A stretch of DNA of 64,000 bases from Gemmatimonadota bacterium. Its GTDB lineage: Bacteria > Gemmatimonadota > Gemmatimonadetes > Palauibacterales > KS3-K002. The stretch lies in assembly GCA_020344015.1 (NCBI GenBank), contig CP070812.1, positions 2,068,092 through 2,132,091 of the forward strand, read 5' to 3'. This document shows, piece after piece, positions 27,615 to 36,638 of the stretch. The first letter of the stretch is position 1; every line of letters begins with the position of its first letter. Below the pieces are notes generated by a model. That model did not search any database. It saw only the letters and a list, made by a program, of their open reading frames with translations, and had not been told where the DNA came from. The translations under genes were made by a program, and so were the position numbers.

Positions 27615-28070
27615 ATGAGACGCACTATGATAGTAGTCTTGCTGCTCGGCTGGTCTGGTACGCTGGCCGCTCAGGGCCCCGCTACAGCCGAGCGTGACGC
27701 GGAAGAAGTCAAGGCTACTCTCGTCGCTATGTGGGCGGCGATCGAGGACGGCCACATCGAGCGCTACGCGAGTTACATCCATCCCGAGATCACGGTGTTC
27801 GGTGAGAACGATGTGTACCTGGCCGAGGGCAAGGAGCTGGAGGTGCGCGGCGTCGCCGACTGGGTAGAACGTGCGCCAGGCGTGCACACGGAGCTGCACC
27901 AGCCGCAGGTGACGGTCCGGGGTGACGTGGCGTGGATCACCTACTACTGGACCGACTCGGGAGTCCAGGACGGCGAGCGGTTCAGCACGCGCGGCAAGTC
28001 GACGCGCATTTTCGTCAGGGAGGGCGGTCGCTGGCTGTGCATCCACGCACACTTCACCGCCGTTCCCTGA
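27615..28070 (+). CDS. SnoaL-like/DUF4440 (NTF2-fold) protein with signal peptide
   Basis: 'EVKATLVAMWAAIEDGHIERYASYIHPEITVF…WITYYWT…GGRWLCIHAHFT'. Confidence 0.6.
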   Translation: MRRTMIVVLLLGWSGTLAAQGPATAERDAEEVKATLVAMWAAIEDGHIERYASYIHPEITVFGENDVYLAEGKELEVRGVADWVERAPGVHTELHQPQVTVRGDVAWITYYWTDSGVQDGERFSTRGKSTRIFVREGGRWLCIHAHFTAVP

Positions 28071-28097
28071 CGCCGGGCGTCGAAAGGAGAAACGACC

Positions 28098-28334
28098 ATG
28101 GCCTGGAAGACGGTCGACAAGTACCGGTTGGGCTACAACGTGCAGAAGAGGGCCTTCTACTTCTCCTATCGGCTCGAGGGTGACAATACCGTCTATCAGC
28201 TCTATCCATCGCCGGCGGAATTCACGGCGCTGGCCGACATGTTCAGGAACGAAGGACCGATTCACTTCAACACCGATGGGAAGTACTTTGTGACGGAGGC
28301 CGAGGAGGTGGGTGAGGAGGAGAGCGCCCCCTAG
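28098..28334 (+). CDS. Hypothetical small protein
   Basis: 78 aa, 'AAAGGAGAA' RBS, acidic C-terminus. Confidence 0.4.
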   Translation: MAWKTVDKYRLGYNVQKRAFYFSYRLEGDNTVYQLYPSPAEFTALADMFRNEGPIHFNTDGKYFVTEAEEVGEEESAP

Positions 28335-28356
28335 TCTCTAGCTTGGTGTCTCCGCT

Positions 28357-30603
28357 ATGACGGAGCACTCAGACCGTTTGCGTTCAGCCCTGGCCGACCG
28401 CTACGCCATCGAACACGAGCTGGGTAGCGGCGGTATGGCCGTCGTATACCTCGCCGGCGATCTTCGGCACGACCGCCAGGTAGCTGTGAAAGTCCTCCGT
28501 CCCGAGCTCGCCGCCGCCATGGGTGGGGATCGCTTCCTGCGCGAGATCAAGCTCACCGCGAAGCTCAATCACCCGCACATCCTGCCGTTGCTCGATTCCG
28601 GGGAAGCCGACGGGTTCCTCTACTACGTGATGCCGTACGTGGCGGGCGAGTCGCTGCGGGGACGACTGGAGCGCGAGACCCAGCTCCCTGTGGACGAGGC
28701 GCTGCGCATCACGCAACAGGTGGCCTCGGCCCTGGACTTCGCCCATCGCCAGGACGTGATCCACCGGGACATCAAGCCGGAGAACATCCTGCTCCATGAA
28801 GGCGAAGCGATGGTGGCGGACTTCGGGATCGCGCTGGCGGTGAGCGCGGCGAGAGGCCAGCGGCTGACGGAGACGGGTGTCTCGGTGGGTACGCCGGAGT
28901 ACATGAGCCCAGAGCAGGCGCTGGGCGAGGGGGAGCCGGACGCGCGGAGCGACATCTACAGTCTGGGTTGTGTGCTGTACGAGACGCTGGTGGGCGAGCC
29001 GCCGTACACGGGTCCGACGGCGATGGCGGTGTTGGCGAAGCGGTTGAGCGATCCGGTGCCGAGCGCGCGGCGGTTGCGGGCGGCGATCCCGGAGCCGATG
29101 GACGCGGCGCTGCTGCGGGCGCTGGCGAAGGAGCGTGCCGACCGGTTCGGGAGTGCGGGTGAGTTCGCGGAGGCGTTGGCCGCGGAGGCGGCTGAGGAGA
29201 CGGAGGCGGTGAAGTCGATTGTGGTATTGCCGTTCGAGAATCTGAGCCCCGATCCGGACAACGCGTTCTTCGCAGATGGACTGACGGAGGAGCTGATTGC
29301 CGACCTCTCGAAGCTCCGGGCGCTGCGTGTGATCTCGCGAACCTCGGCGATGGCGTTCAAAGGCACGAGCAAGAAGGTCCCGGAGATCGCGGAGGAGTTA
29401 AACGTTCGGTACGTGTTGGAGGGGAGCGTTCGGCGTGCGGCGAATAGTGTGCGTATCACCGCCCAGCTAATCGAGGCGGCGACGGATGCGCACCTCTGGG
29501 CCGAGAAGTACAGCGGCACGCTGGACGCCGTCTTCGACATGCAGGAGCAGGTGTCCCGAGCGATCGTCGACGCGCTAGAACTGGAATTGACGGGAGTCGA
29601 GGACCGACAGATCGCTAAGCGACCGATCGCAGACGCGCGGGCGTACGACTGCTATCTGAGAGCTCGAGCTGCGATCTGGCATGTTGCGGAGGGAGGTCTT
29701 GATGAGGCCGCGCGAAATTTCGAGGAGGGTCTCGCGATTGTCGGTGATAATGCGCTGCTCTACGCCGGTCTAGCCCATGTCTGGCTCGAGTACGTACGCA
29801 CTTGGATCAAGCACGAAGATGAGCTTGCGAGGGCAGAAGACTATGCCAACAGGGCGCTGAGTCTCGATCCCGACACGGCGCTGGCGTGCGTCGTGTTGGG
29901 AGTCGTCGAGTACCTGCGCGGGAAGGGGAAGGAGGGTCTGCCCTGGCTCAAGCGGGCGCATATTCTGGATCCGAATGACCACGAGATCCACCACTGGTCG
30001 GGCTGGGCTTACATACTAGCGGGAAGGACGTCCAGCGCCTTCCCGCTCGCCCAACGCATGATCGAGCTGGATCCACTCAACCCTCTTAATGTCTTCCTGG
30101 GAATCGTACACTTCTACGCGGGTCAGTTCAACGAGGCCGTCGAGTTGGCGAGCAAGTTCGAGTCGCCGGCGGCACTGGACCTGCCGTGGTATCGATGGTG
30201 GGCAGCCTATTTCCTGGTCTATGCCGAACGCCCGGAAGAAGCGCTGGACCTCCTGGAGCCGATTGAGCGGACGACCGCAACGGACCTTTTCACCCAGAAC
30301 GCTCGATTCTTGCGGTACGCGCTGCGGGGAGAGAGGGATCGGATCCCCGAGTTATTGACCGATACTTTCGTGGCGCAGGAGCGGAGAGACGCGGCGGTGT
30401 CTTGTTGGGCCGCAACGTGCTACGCGATGCTCGACGACTACCAGCAGGCGCTCGACTGGCTCGAGAACGCCGTGGACCGCGGGTTTCTCAACTACCCCTA
30501 TCTCGCCGAGCACGACCCTTTCCTGGCCAAGTTCCGCGATGAACCGCAGTTCAAGGAACTAATGGTCCGCGTGAAACGCGAATGGGAGCAGCTTGAGGTT
30601 TAG
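28357..30603 (+). CDS. Ser/Thr protein kinase with C-terminal TPR/tetratricopeptide-like domain
   Basis: 'LGSGGMAVVYLA…AVKVL', 'HRDIKPENILL', 'DFGIA', 'GTPEYMSPEQ' Hanks subdomains. 748 aa with a TPR-like tail. Confidence 0.85.
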   Translation: MTEHSDRLRSALADRYAIEHELGSGGMAVVYLAGDLRHDRQVAVKVLRPELAAAMGGDRFLREIKLTAKLNHPHILPLLDSGEADGFLYYVMPYVAGESLRGRLERETQLPVDEALRITQQVASALDFAHRQDVIHRDIKPENILLHEGEAMVADFGIALAVSAARGQRLTETGVSVGTPEYMSPEQALGEGEPDARSDIYSLGCVLYETLVGEPPYTGPTAMAVLAKRLSDPVPSARRLRAAIPEPMDAALLRALAKERADRFGSAGEFAEALAAEAAEETEAVKSIVVLPFENLSPDPDNAFFADGLTEELIADLSKLRALRVISRTSAMAFKGTSKKVPEIAEELNVRYVLEGSVRRAANSVRITAQLIEAATDAHLWAEKYSGTLDAVFDMQEQVSRAIVDALELELTGVEDRQIAKRPIADARAYDCYLRARAAIWHVAEGGLDEAARNFEEGLAIVGDNALLYAGLAHVWLEYVRTWIKHEDELARAEDYANRALSLDPDTALACVVLGVVEYLRGKGKEGLPWLKRAHILDPNDHEIHHWSGWAYILAGRTSSAFPLAQRMIELDPLNPLNVFLGIVHFYAGQFNEAVELASKFESPAALDLPWYRWWAAYFLVYAERPEEALDLLEPIERTTATDLFTQNARFLRYALRGERDRIPELLTDTFVAQERRDAAVSCWAATCYAMLDDYQQALDWLENAVDRGFLNYPYLAEHDPFLAKFRDEPQFKELMVRVKREWEQLEV

Positions 30604-30607
30604 AGCG

Positions 30608-32068
30608 ATGACTACGCCACCGGAACGGGACCAAACGATAGAACGTCGCGGCGAGCGGGCGCTGCTGGTGGCGGTAGAAGGCCAGAAAGGGACGGCGCGG
30701 TTCGTCGGAAACTGCCGCATCGGTCGCGCGCCGGATAACGACCTTGTCATCGAGTCGCGCTCGGTGAGCCTCTACCACGCCGAGGCCGTGCTTGAGGGCG
30801 GAAGCTGGCAGCTGCGTGACTTGGGCAGCACGAACGGAACCGTAGTCTCCGGCCAGCGGATCGATCGCATCACTCTGGGTGGGCCGACGCGCGTGCACCT
30901 AGGTTTCGAGGGCCCGAGGCTGACGCTGACGCCCGAGGGCCTGGAGGGGATGGCGGAAGCCGAGCCGACGCTCGTGCCGTCGGAGAGCGCCATCGTGAGG
31001 CGCTACTTCGCGCCGCGTGCGCCGAAGAACATTGGGACTCATACTGCGGCGCTGCGCCGAGCGTTCGCCAATATACAGAGACGACGCACTCATAAGTACG
31101 CGGCAGCGCTCCTGGCCGTCGCGACGTTCGGTCTGGCCGCCGGCAGCTACGCCTACCTACTACACAAACGGATGCAGAGGCAACGCTCCGCGGCGGAGAG
31201 CTTGTTCTATGCCTCGAAGGACATCGAACTCGCGCTCGCCAAATTGGAGGGCAGCGGGGACGAGCGGCAGGCTCAGCAGGCACGCCACGCCGAGTTCGAA
31301 AAACAGTATCAGGACTTTCTGAAAGAACTCGGCATCTACAGTGACGCGACACCGGAAGAAGTGCAGCTGGTCTACCGGGTGGCGCACCGGTTCGGCGAGT
31401 CGGAGGTCAACGTTCCGCAGGATTTCGTGGACGCGGTTCTCACCTACGTCAGACTTTGGAAGACATCGCCGCGGCTTGAGGATGCCATGGAGCGGGCGCA
31501 GCGCAACGGCTACGGCCAGCGGATCGCCAAAACGATGCTGGAGCACGGCCTGCCACCCGAGTTCTTCTACCTCGCATTGCAGGAAAGCGATCTACGAGTG
31601 GAGGCGACGGGTCCCGAGACGCGGTACGGGATCGCCAAAGGGATGTGGCAGTTCGTGCCGGGGACCGCGCGCGACTACGGTCTCAAGACGGGTCCTCTGG
31701 TGGGAGTCAGACGGCCTGATTCCCTGGACGAGCGGCACGACTTCGAGAAGTCGACGCGGGCGGCGGCGCGCTACCTGCGGCGGATCTACACGACCGACGC
31801 TCAAGCATCGGGCCTTCTGGTGATCGCGTCGTACAACTGGGGCGAATCGAACATCCTGCGGCTGGTCCGCTCGCTGCCCGAGAACCCGCATGAGCGTAAC
31901 TTCTGGCGACTGCTCGACAAGTACCGCGAGCAAATTCCGCAGGAGACCTACGACTATGTCTTCAGCATAGTCTCGGCCGCGGTCATCGGCGAGGACCCGG
32001 AGCTTTTCGGGTTCGATTTCGACCCGCCCTACGACCGTCCTGAGATCGTAGCGGCCAGCGGAGACTAG
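30608..32068 (+). CDS. FHA domain - TM - lytic transglycosylase (SLT) domain protein
   Basis: N-terminal FHA ('GRAPDNDLVI…LRDLGSTNGTVVSGQRI'). One TM helix. C-terminal SLT domain ('ETRYGIAKGMWQFVPGTARDYGL', 'SYNWGESNI'). Starts 5 nt after the kinase stop. Confidence 0.75.
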   Translation: MTTPPERDQTIERRGERALLVAVEGQKGTARFVGNCRIGRAPDNDLVIESRSVSLYHAEAVLEGGSWQLRDLGSTNGTVVSGQRIDRITLGGPTRVHLGFEGPRLTLTPEGLEGMAEAEPTLVPSESAIVRRYFAPRAPKNIGTHTAALRRAFANIQRRRTHKYAAALLAVATFGLAAGSYAYLLHKRMQRQRSAAESLFYASKDIELALAKLEGSGDERQAQQARHAEFEKQYQDFLKELGIYSDATPEEVQLVYRVAHRFGESEVNVPQDFVDAVLTYVRLWKTSPRLEDAMERAQRNGYGQRIAKTMLEHGLPPEFFYLALQESDLRVEATGPETRYGIAKGMWQFVPGTARDYGLKTGPLVGVRRPDSLDERHDFEKSTRAAARYLRRIYTTDAQASGLLVIASYNWGESNILRLVRSLPENPHERNFWRLLDKYREQIPQETYDYVFSIVSAAVIGEDPELFGFDFDPPYDRPEIVAASGD

Positions 32069-32089
32069 GCCGACCGCACTGACCCTTGT

Positions 32090-34747
32090 CTATAGCGACT
32101 CGAAGCGTCCCTGGAAGAAGCGCAACTTCGATGGCTCGTAGACGAACTTGAGTCCCTTGATCTCCTCTCTGCGGTCGTAAACGCGTCGGATCCCTTCCGC
32201 CACCGCCTTCATGTGATCGTTGGTGTAGACGCGACGCGGGATGGTAAGCCGCACCAGCTCGAGCGCCGGCCGGTAGTTGGCGCCGGTTTCGGGATTGCGG
32301 CCCTTCGACACGTTGCCGCGCTCCATCGCCCGCACCCCGGTCTCGACGTAGATCTCCGCCGCCAGCCGCTGGGCGGGGAACTCGTCCTGGTCGATCTGGG
32401 GCAGGAAACGCTTTGCGTCGAGGAAGATGGCGTGGCTGCCCGGGGGCGTGACGATGGGGATGCCCAGCTCGAGCAGCAGCTCGCCGAGATACTGGGTCTG
32501 CTCGACGCGTGAGCGGATGTAGCGGTCGTCGACCATCTCTTCTATCCCGCGTGCGATGGCCGCCAGGTCGGCGGTGGATAGGCCGCCGTCGGAGATGTTG
32601 CCCTCGTAGATGCGGAGCAGCTCGTGGGCCTTCTGGGCCAGGTCCGCGTTTTCCCGGAAACAAAGCACACCGCCGATGTTGATCAGGAAATCCTTCTTGC
32701 CGCTGACCGTGCAGCCGTCGCCGTAGAGCATCATCTCGCGGATGATGTCCTTTACCTTGGTCTTGTGGTAGCGGGCATCACGGCTCTGGATCATGTAGGC
32801 GTTTTCGGCGAAGCGGGTAGCGTCGAAGAACACCGGGATGCCCACCGCACTGCAGTACTCGTAGACTTCCTTCATGTTGTCCATGCTGGCCGGCTGACCG
32901 CCGGCCATGTTGACAGAATGCTCGAACGAGAGGTAGGCGATCTTCTGGGCGCCGTGCTCGTCGACCAGCGCTCTGAGCTTGTCGAGGTCGATGTTCCCCT
33001 TCCATTGGAACTCGCTCTCCGGGTTGTGCGCATCGTCGACGATGACGTCGACGAAGACGCCGCCGGCCATCTCCTGGTGCAGCTTGGTGGTCGTGAAGTA
33101 CATGTTGCCCGGCACCAGCTGGCCGTCCTTGATGCAGATCTGGCTGAGGATGTGCTCGGCGGCCCGTCCCTGGTGCGTGGGAATGATGTGATCGTAGCCG
33201 GTAACGTCCTGGAGGACCTCGACCAGGCGGCGGTACTCAGCGCTCATGGTCGTGCTGGCGCGCACGCCCTCGTAGGCGGCCCACTGGTCGGTGCTCATCG
33301 CCGATGTGCCCGAGTCGGTGAGCAGGTCGATGGCGACGTCGGCCGAGCGCAGCAGGAACGTGTTGTACCCGGCGGCGCGGATCGCCTTCTCGCGGTGGCC
33401 GCGGGTGAGTGCACCCACCTTCTCGATCGTGTGGATCGTGTAAGGGAAGGTGTCGAAGGAGAAGGGCTCGAGTGTGGGATAGACCCAGGTGTACTGCATC
33501 TGGTCGCGCCAGCTGCCGATGACCGACGCCTGTAGCCCGGTCACTTTATCGCGCTGTGCGAAGAGGCTGATGATGGCGTCGGCCACCTGATCAAGCTGAT
33601 CGGTGGTCATCGCCTGACGCGGGAGCTGCACCGGCAGCAAGTTGTCGCGACCAACCAGCCCCTGCGCGGTAGCTCGCACACCCGACATCAGGTAGAGGGC
33701 GGCTGACAACGTGTCCTGCTGGTGGACTTTCACGTGGGGCAGGAATTCGTCGGCCATGATGTAGGCGCCGTCGCAGCCGCGCTCGAGCGGCACGCCGCCG
33801 TCTCGCAGCCGCTGCGTGAAGCGCTCGGTCTGATACATGTCCCAGTGCACCTCGTCCTCGTCGCACATCTCCATGATGCCGCGGGCGAGGACCTCCATCG
33901 TGCGGCCGGCCATGCCGCCGTAGGTGTGCAGGCCCTCGAAGACGACGACCTCGTTCATGAATTTCTCGTGGTCGTCGGGGTTGTCGGTGACGAGGATGCC
34001 GCCGGTGTTGCACTTGGGATCCTGGGCGCCGTCCATCAAGAAGATGTGGCAGGTCTTGGCTATCTGTTTCACGAGGTCGGCGATCGAGCGGTCGGCCTGA
34101 CCCGGCTCGTGCTGCTGGATGTACCAGGCGTTCTCGATGACGCGCGAGCCGTCGCAGATCAACCGCTTGCCGTACTTATCTGCCAGAGCTCGGACGCCGC
34201 GCAGGTTCTCGAGGCTGAACGGGTGCTGCCCGTCGGCGAAGGCCTGGATGCCGACGAACGCCACGCTATGTGCCTTGAGGGTCTGTTCCAGCTTACCCAG
34301 GTCCATGTCGCCGGTGAAGACGGGCTGCTCGCGGTCCCGCGTGTCGGGGTACTGGATGCCTAGAGGATCCAAAACATCCAGTTTGGTGCGGGCGTTGCTC
34401 GGCACGACAGATCCAAGCGGCACCATGGTCGTAACGATCAGCTTGACCGAGCCCAGGTTGTTGTGTGTGGGACATACGTAGGTGTGACCGAGAACCTCGC
34501 GGACCGCCGTCTCGAGCGCCTCGAAGTTCCGGGAACCGGCGTAGGCCTCGTCGCCGATGAACTGGCCGGCCAGCTGTTCCTGGCTGAGTGCATTGGTACC
34601 CAGCGAGCACATGTCGAACGTGACCTGCCCGGGCGTCAGGTTCCAGACGTTGAAGTCGGCTTCGGCAAGGTATTTCTTTCGCTCGTCGAGCTTTGGCCAG
34701 GACAAGAGGCGGACGGTCTTGATCTTGTGCGGTTCGTGATTCGCCAT
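32090..34747 (-). CDS. Tandem-fused beta-eliminating lyase (tryptophanase/tyrosine phenol-lyase family), 885 aa
   Basis: The C-terminal half (aa ~430-885) aligns along its full length with TnaA/Tpl ('FLLRSADVAIDLLTDSGT', 'IPTHQGRAAE', 'NMAGGQP', 'VSGKKDFLINIGGVLC', 'RLTIPRRVYT'). The N-terminal half is a diverged second copy ('CPTHNNLGS', 'MDGAQDPKCNTGGIL') in which the PLP-Lys position appears substituted. Confidence 0.75.
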   Translation of the reverse strand: MANHEPHKIKTVRLLSWPKLDERKKYLAEADFNVWNLTPGQVTFDMCSLGTNALSQEQLAGQFIGDEAYAGSRNFEALETAVREVLGHTYVCPTHNNLGSVKLIVTTMVPLGSVVPSNARTKLDVLDPLGIQYPDTRDREQPVFTGDMDLGKLEQTLKAHSVAFVGIQAFADGQHPFSLENLRGVRALADKYGKRLICDGSRVIENAWYIQQHEPGQADRSIADLVKQIAKTCHIFLMDGAQDPKCNTGGILVTDNPDDHEKFMNEVVVFEGLHTYGGMAGRTMEVLARGIMEMCDEDEVHWDMYQTERFTQRLRDGGVPLERGCDGAYIMADEFLPHVKVHQQDTLSAALYLMSGVRATAQGLVGRDNLLPVQLPRQAMTTDQLDQVADAIISLFAQRDKVTGLQASVIGSWRDQMQYTWVYPTLEPFSFDTFPYTIHTIEKVGALTRGHREKAIRAAGYNTFLLRSADVAIDLLTDSGTSAMSTDQWAAYEGVRASTTMSAEYRRLVEVLQDVTGYDHIIPTHQGRAAEHILSQICIKDGQLVPGNMYFTTTKLHQEMAGGVFVDVIVDDAHNPESEFQWKGNIDLDKLRALVDEHGAQKIAYLSFEHSVNMAGGQPASMDNMKEVYEYCSAVGIPVFFDATRFAENAYMIQSRDARYHKTKVKDIIREMMLYGDGCTVSGKKDFLINIGGVLCFRENADLAQKAHELLRIYEGNISDGGLSTADLAAIARGIEEMVDDRYIRSRVEQTQYLGELLLELGIPIVTPPGSHAIFLDAKRFLPQIDQDEFPAQRLAAEIYVETGVRAMERGNVSKGRNPETGANYRPALELVRLTIPRRVYTNDHMKAVAEGIRRVYDRREEIKGLKFVYEPSKLRFFQGRFESL

Positions 34748-34968
34748 TGATCCCCCCTGGGGGCGGTGATTGTCTCTGCGTCAGGGGCCGCGCCGGACGC
34801 GGTCCGTCTCTTCGGTGTGTGCGGTCCCTCAACCTATCCGAGCGTGGCCACCTACAAAAGAGCGTTTCTGGCCTGGTCCGAAGGAGCGACGTATCTTCCT
34901 CGGGCCGCTTCCGGCGGTATGGATTGCCGCCTCCCCATTCGGTTATAGCAACACCAGAGGAGGGATAG

Positions 34969-36207
34969 ATGCAGCAGTCACTGACTATGGGTGGGAACAC
35001 TCTTCCGCGGTTTCTCAGCTTCTTATCCGGCATTGGCATGGCGGTCTTCTCGATAATGACGATCGACCACTATTATTCCGCCAACTATCCGGAGTCGATC
35101 TTCGAGGGCTCGTTCTGCGATATAAGCGCTTTCTTCAACTGTGACAGCTCGGCCTACGCGGCAATTTCTGCGATCGGAGGTGTGCCGCTCGGCTACTTCG
35201 GCCTGGTCGTCGGAGCGCTGGTGGCACTGGGCGTGGTTCTGCCGTCGCTGAGCTTCGAGAGAACGAACAAGGCGATCTCGCTGCTCAACGCGGTCGGCGT
35301 TGTCGCCCTCTTCATCTATACGGTCTTCTTCCTGGGCAGCCTTTGCCTGCTATGCACTGGATTCTACGTGTTCTCCCTAGTCAGCTTCTTCCTGTTCTGG
35401 AAGCACGGTGTCGACAGAGAGTTGGGATTCCTGGCCGACTGGTTCCGACCGTCGGTCAAGTTACTGGCGACGTTCGCCGCGCTGGGTCTGTTCGGGGCCT
35501 ACGCCTTCACGTTCTACACCGATGCGAGGCAACTCGCACAGTCGGGCGGGGTGGCGACGCGGGCCGTAAAGGAGTTCTACAATCTGGAGCCAGTGGAATG
35601 GCCGAGCTTCATCTCGCCGCTCTGGACGGCGCAGTCGACCGAGCACTTCGAGGACGCACCGATCCGGATCGTGGAATACGGGGATCTGCTCTGCTCCGAT
35701 TGTCTGATACTGTATAGGCAACTGAACGAGCTGAAAGCCGAGTTCGAGGGGAAGATCAACATCGCCTTCCAAATGTTCCCGCTCGAGGCCCAGTGCAACG
35801 ACGTTGTGGAGAAGGACCTGCACCCCGGCGCCTGCGATGTGTCGTACATGGCGGCGTACGATCCGGACAAGTTCGTGGCGATCCACGATGAGATCTTCGA
35901 GAACCTCCGGCTGGCGAAGCGGCAGGCGGAATGGCGGGCCGATCTGGCCCGGCGTTTCGACGTGGAGGCAGCGCTCACCGACTCGGCGACCATCGCTCTG
36001 GTCGACCGCATGATCCAGACCGGCCGCGAATACGAGAAGACGCACGAGCGCTTCTCGTATGGCATCAGGTCAACGCCGACGATGATCGTCAACAACCGGA
36101 TGATCATCGGAACGCTGCCGATCGAGCAGTTGCGCGCCGTATTCCAGGCGCTGGTCGATGAGCACGAGTCCGGCGAGCGTCGGTTTATCGAGAACTGGGA
36201 AGAGTAG
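34969..36207 (+). CDS. Vitamin K epoxide reductase (VKOR)-DsbA/thioredoxin-like fusion protein
   Basis: N-terminal five-TM VKOR domain with 'CDISAFFNC' loop cysteines and 'CLLC' in a TM helix. C-terminal thioredoxin-fold domain with 'CSDC'. Confidence 0.75.
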   Translation: MQQSLTMGGNTLPRFLSFLSGIGMAVFSIMTIDHYYSANYPESIFEGSFCDISAFFNCDSSAYAAISAIGGVPLGYFGLVVGALVALGVVLPSLSFERTNKAISLLNAVGVVALFIYTVFFLGSLCLLCTGFYVFSLVSFFLFWKHGVDRELGFLADWFRPSVKLLATFAALGLFGAYAFTFYTDARQLAQSGGVATRAVKEFYNLEPVEWPSFISPLWTAQSTEHFEDAPIRIVEYGDLLCSDCLILYRQLNELKAEFEGKINIAFQMFPLEAQCNDVVEKDLHPGACDVSYMAAYDPDKFVAIHDEIFENLRLAKRQAEWRADLARRFDVEAALTDSATIALVDRMIQTGREYEKTHERFSYGIRSTPTMIVNNRMIIGTLPIEQLRAVFQALVDEHESGERRFIENWEE

Positions 36208-36224
36208 GGCTAACGGAGGTGGGT

Positions 36225-36638
36225 ATGATCGACGGAGTTGGCGGCGCGTTTGTCTTTTCGAACGATGCGGGACGACTGGCCGACTGGTACTGCCACTACC
36301 TCGGGATGGAGTTCGAGGGATCGGGCGAGGCCTTTTACATAATGTACTGGGGGCTCGACCCGGAAGATCACTCGCGGAAGCTCGATACCACGTTCTCGAT
36401 TATGCAGGCGAAGGTGGAACTGCCGCAGCGCGGCGACGGCAGCGAACCGGATGACATGTACGGCGACCAGCCGTTCATGGTGAACCTGCGGGTGCGTGAC
36501 ATAGATGCGGTCCTGGAGCATCTGGCGAAAAACGGTGTCGAGCCGATAAAGCGGGAAGAGTACGATTACGGTCGCTTCGCCTGGATCCGCGATCTGGATG
36601 GTAACCGCGTAGAGCTGTACCAGCCGCTGCACAGTTGA
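36225..36638 (+). CDS. VOC-family (glyoxalase) protein
   Basis: 'GAFVFSNDAGRLADWY' and 'MVNLRVRDIDAVLEHL' VOC motifs. Confidence 0.7.
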   Translation: MIDGVGGAFVFSNDAGRLADWYCHYLGMEFEGSGEAFYIMYWGLDPEDHSRKLDTTFSIMQAKVELPQRGDGSEPDDMYGDQPFMVNLRVRDIDAVLEHLAKNGVEPIKREEYDYGRFAWIRDLDGNRVELYQPLHS

